A program made the translations under genes and the position numbers. Shown in pieces: positions 6,980 through 8,427 of a stretch of DNA of 8,427 nt. The notes beneath the pieces were generated by a model that made no database searches, had not been told where the DNA came from, and saw only the letters and a program-made list of their open reading frames with translations. The DNA is taken from positions 1 to 8,427 of the IMG/VR virus record IMGVR_UViG_3300005964_000044, one strand, 5' to 3'. Each line of letters begins with the position of its first letter. The first letter of the stretch is position 1.

Positions 6980-7195
6980 CAATTTTTACATCTCTATCTT
7001 TCGCTCCTATTCTGCTAATTATCAATATAATGTATATGCCAAATCTGCTTCATGAATATTTTAACTTCCTAATTGCTTAATTTCATAATATACTAATCAT
7101 ATAATATGCTATCTTCTCAATTGCATAATTTCATAATTTATTAATTCTCCTTACAATTTCCTCCATAAAATACTGAGATAAATTCAAACTGTATA

Positions 7196-7276
7196 CAGCA
7201 TCTTCTGTTGAATTGAAAGAAAAAAAGAAACTATATCTCCGTGATAAGTCTCAAATAATTGACTAAAAATTCAAGG
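7196..7276 (+). CRISPR. Possible solitary or degenerate CRISPR repeat unit(s)
   Basis: CAGCATCTTCTGTTGAATTGAAAG (7196-7219): the last 20 nt match the recalled Sulfolobales repeat (...ATCTACTATAGAATTGAAAG) at 17/20. A much weaker repeat-like string lies 34 nt later at 7254-7276. Confidence 0.3.
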
Positions 7277-7660
7277 AAAATTTATGAATATACTAACTTC
7301 ACAATTACATAATTATATAATTATATATAACATAAAACATTTTATTATTTTAACTCTCAAACACGCAATTTTATAATTTTTAAGCTTCTCAACTTCCAAA
7401 GTTTTTAATTTATAAATTCACGTTTAGTTTTTCCACGCGACCAGCTTCCAAATCCAAAACTTTGTGAAAACAAGAACTTGGAACTGGAAAACTAAAGTCG
7501 CGGGTAAAAACGTAATTATATAATTAAAAAATTTGGGAATTGAGAAACTAAAGAATTATAAAATTTGCTAATTTGAAAAATAAAAAATAATAAAAAATAA
7601 AAATAAATAAAAATGGAGAACAGTCTACTCACTAATTCTATCAACTTTTGGCTCTTCAAG

Positions 7661-7676
7661 TATTTAAACTTTTCTC
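7661..7676 (-). promoter_or_regulatory. Class-II promoter core, copy 3 (no convincing gene downstream)
   Basis: GAGAAAAGTTTAAATA, 16 bp identical to copies 1 and 2. Confidence 0.6.
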
Positions 7677-7740
7677 CAAACTTTGAATTCTGATCAAACA
7701 AACTCCAAAAAATCCAACTGAATATAATATAATAATTTTG

Positions 7741-7884
7741 GAATATGTTTAGTAACTTTTTAACTTTAAATTGAGGTTTTGGTTTGCTAGAATTAATAAT
7801 TTAAATAAATTATGAATATGTTTAGTAACTAAAAACTTTAAATTGGAGTTTTGGTTGCCTCAGATTTATAAATTATAATATTAT
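7741..7884. repeat. Two-copy imperfect tandem repeat, period 73 bp
   Basis: gaatatgtttagtaact...aactttaaattg..gttttggtt at 7741 and 7814. Confidence 0.85.
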
Positions 7885-7971
7885 AGTTAGTAGTTATTAA
7901 TATCCACAAATTAACATTTATTACAAATTTCCAAAGTTTGAATTTGCAAATTTTATATTACAAATTTCACC

Positions 7972-8363
7972 AAATGACAGATTAATTGTAATTTAGGAAT
8001 TTAGAAAATTAGTATTTTTTATCATAGTTGTAAAATTATTTGGAAATGTAGAATTAATTGGAATTTAGGAATTTCCAATTTTTTAACTTTTTTGCAGAAA
8101 ATGATAGATTATTTCAAATTTAGGAAATTAGGAATTTACAATTTTTCTCATTTTTTGCACAATTTACGCAAAATGACAGATTAATTGGAATTTTGGAATT
8201 TTCAATTTTTTGCACCGCTCCAATTATTATTTGGAGGTGTAGAATTAATTGGAATTTCCAATTTATTGCGAAAGTTGGGAAATTTGCGAAAAAAACGAAA
8301 AAAACGAAAGAAATTGGAATTTTCAATTTTTTGCATTAGTTGTGAAATTTTCGCAGAAAATGA
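7972..8363. repeat. Rudiviral terminal (ITR) repeat region with AATTTAGG-type motifs
   Basis: 8117-8137 matches the conserved rudiviral terminal 21-mer AATTTAGGAATTTAGGAATTT at 20/21, and 7990-8010 at 19/21. Recurrent blocks: aaatgacagattaattg (7972, 8171), tgtagaattaattggaattt (8047, 8238), ttggaattttcaattttttgca (8193, 8314). Confidence 0.8.
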
Positions 8364-8427
8364 AAAAAACTACAGTTCCCTAATTAAGCCTTTGCAATTG
8401 CAGAATATTAACTAGGTATTTGATGTA

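Noticed and set aside
7478-7492. ORB-like Orc1/Cdc6 site (GGAACTGGAAAAC)
   Set aside because: Only a partial resemblance to TCCAxTGGAAA, and there is no G-string.
7516-7701. 61-aa minus-strand ORF as listed
   Set aside because: Its start lies upstream of the promoter it overlaps (EKFKY is just the BRE-TATA translated), and its hydrophobic part is a T-tract. Only a shorter version is kept as a remote possibility.
7741-7884. 73-bp-period repeat as a CRISPR mini-array
   Set aside because: The conserved part is ~44 bp, lacks a GAAA(G/C) end, and the variable parts are similar AT-rich strings. It is an ordinary tandem duplication.
8120-8415. 68-aa and 76-aa ORFs
   Set aside because: They lie within low-complexity terminal repeats, with no SD or promoter support.

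Overview
AT-rich (SIRV-like) terminal region of a Sulfolobales rudivirus genome, shown in reverse orientation relative to the usual SIRV map. The window runs from the core genes outward to the non-coding terminus. It starts with the tightly coupled pair of an APC-family amino-acid-transporter-like gene (5'-truncated by the window) and a TGT/DpdA-like transglycosylase (SIRV ORF399/ORF310-type). Next comes a convergent pair of unknown genes. An accessory island of eight minus-strand genes follows, including a clear AcrIIIB1 anti-CRISPR homolog. Six of these genes are driven by five copies of one 36-bp promoter, and two small Cys-containing genes by a second repeated promoter. The last ~1.5 kb is non-coding and holds tandem repeats and AATTTAGG-type rudiviral terminal motifs. 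The most interesting unexplained signals are the promoter-defined anti-defence cassette array with identical intergenic blocks, a solitary or degenerate CRISPR-repeat-like unit at 7196-7276, an orphan promoter, and the transporter-transglycosylase coupling. All family calls come from recalled sequences and motifs, not from database searches.
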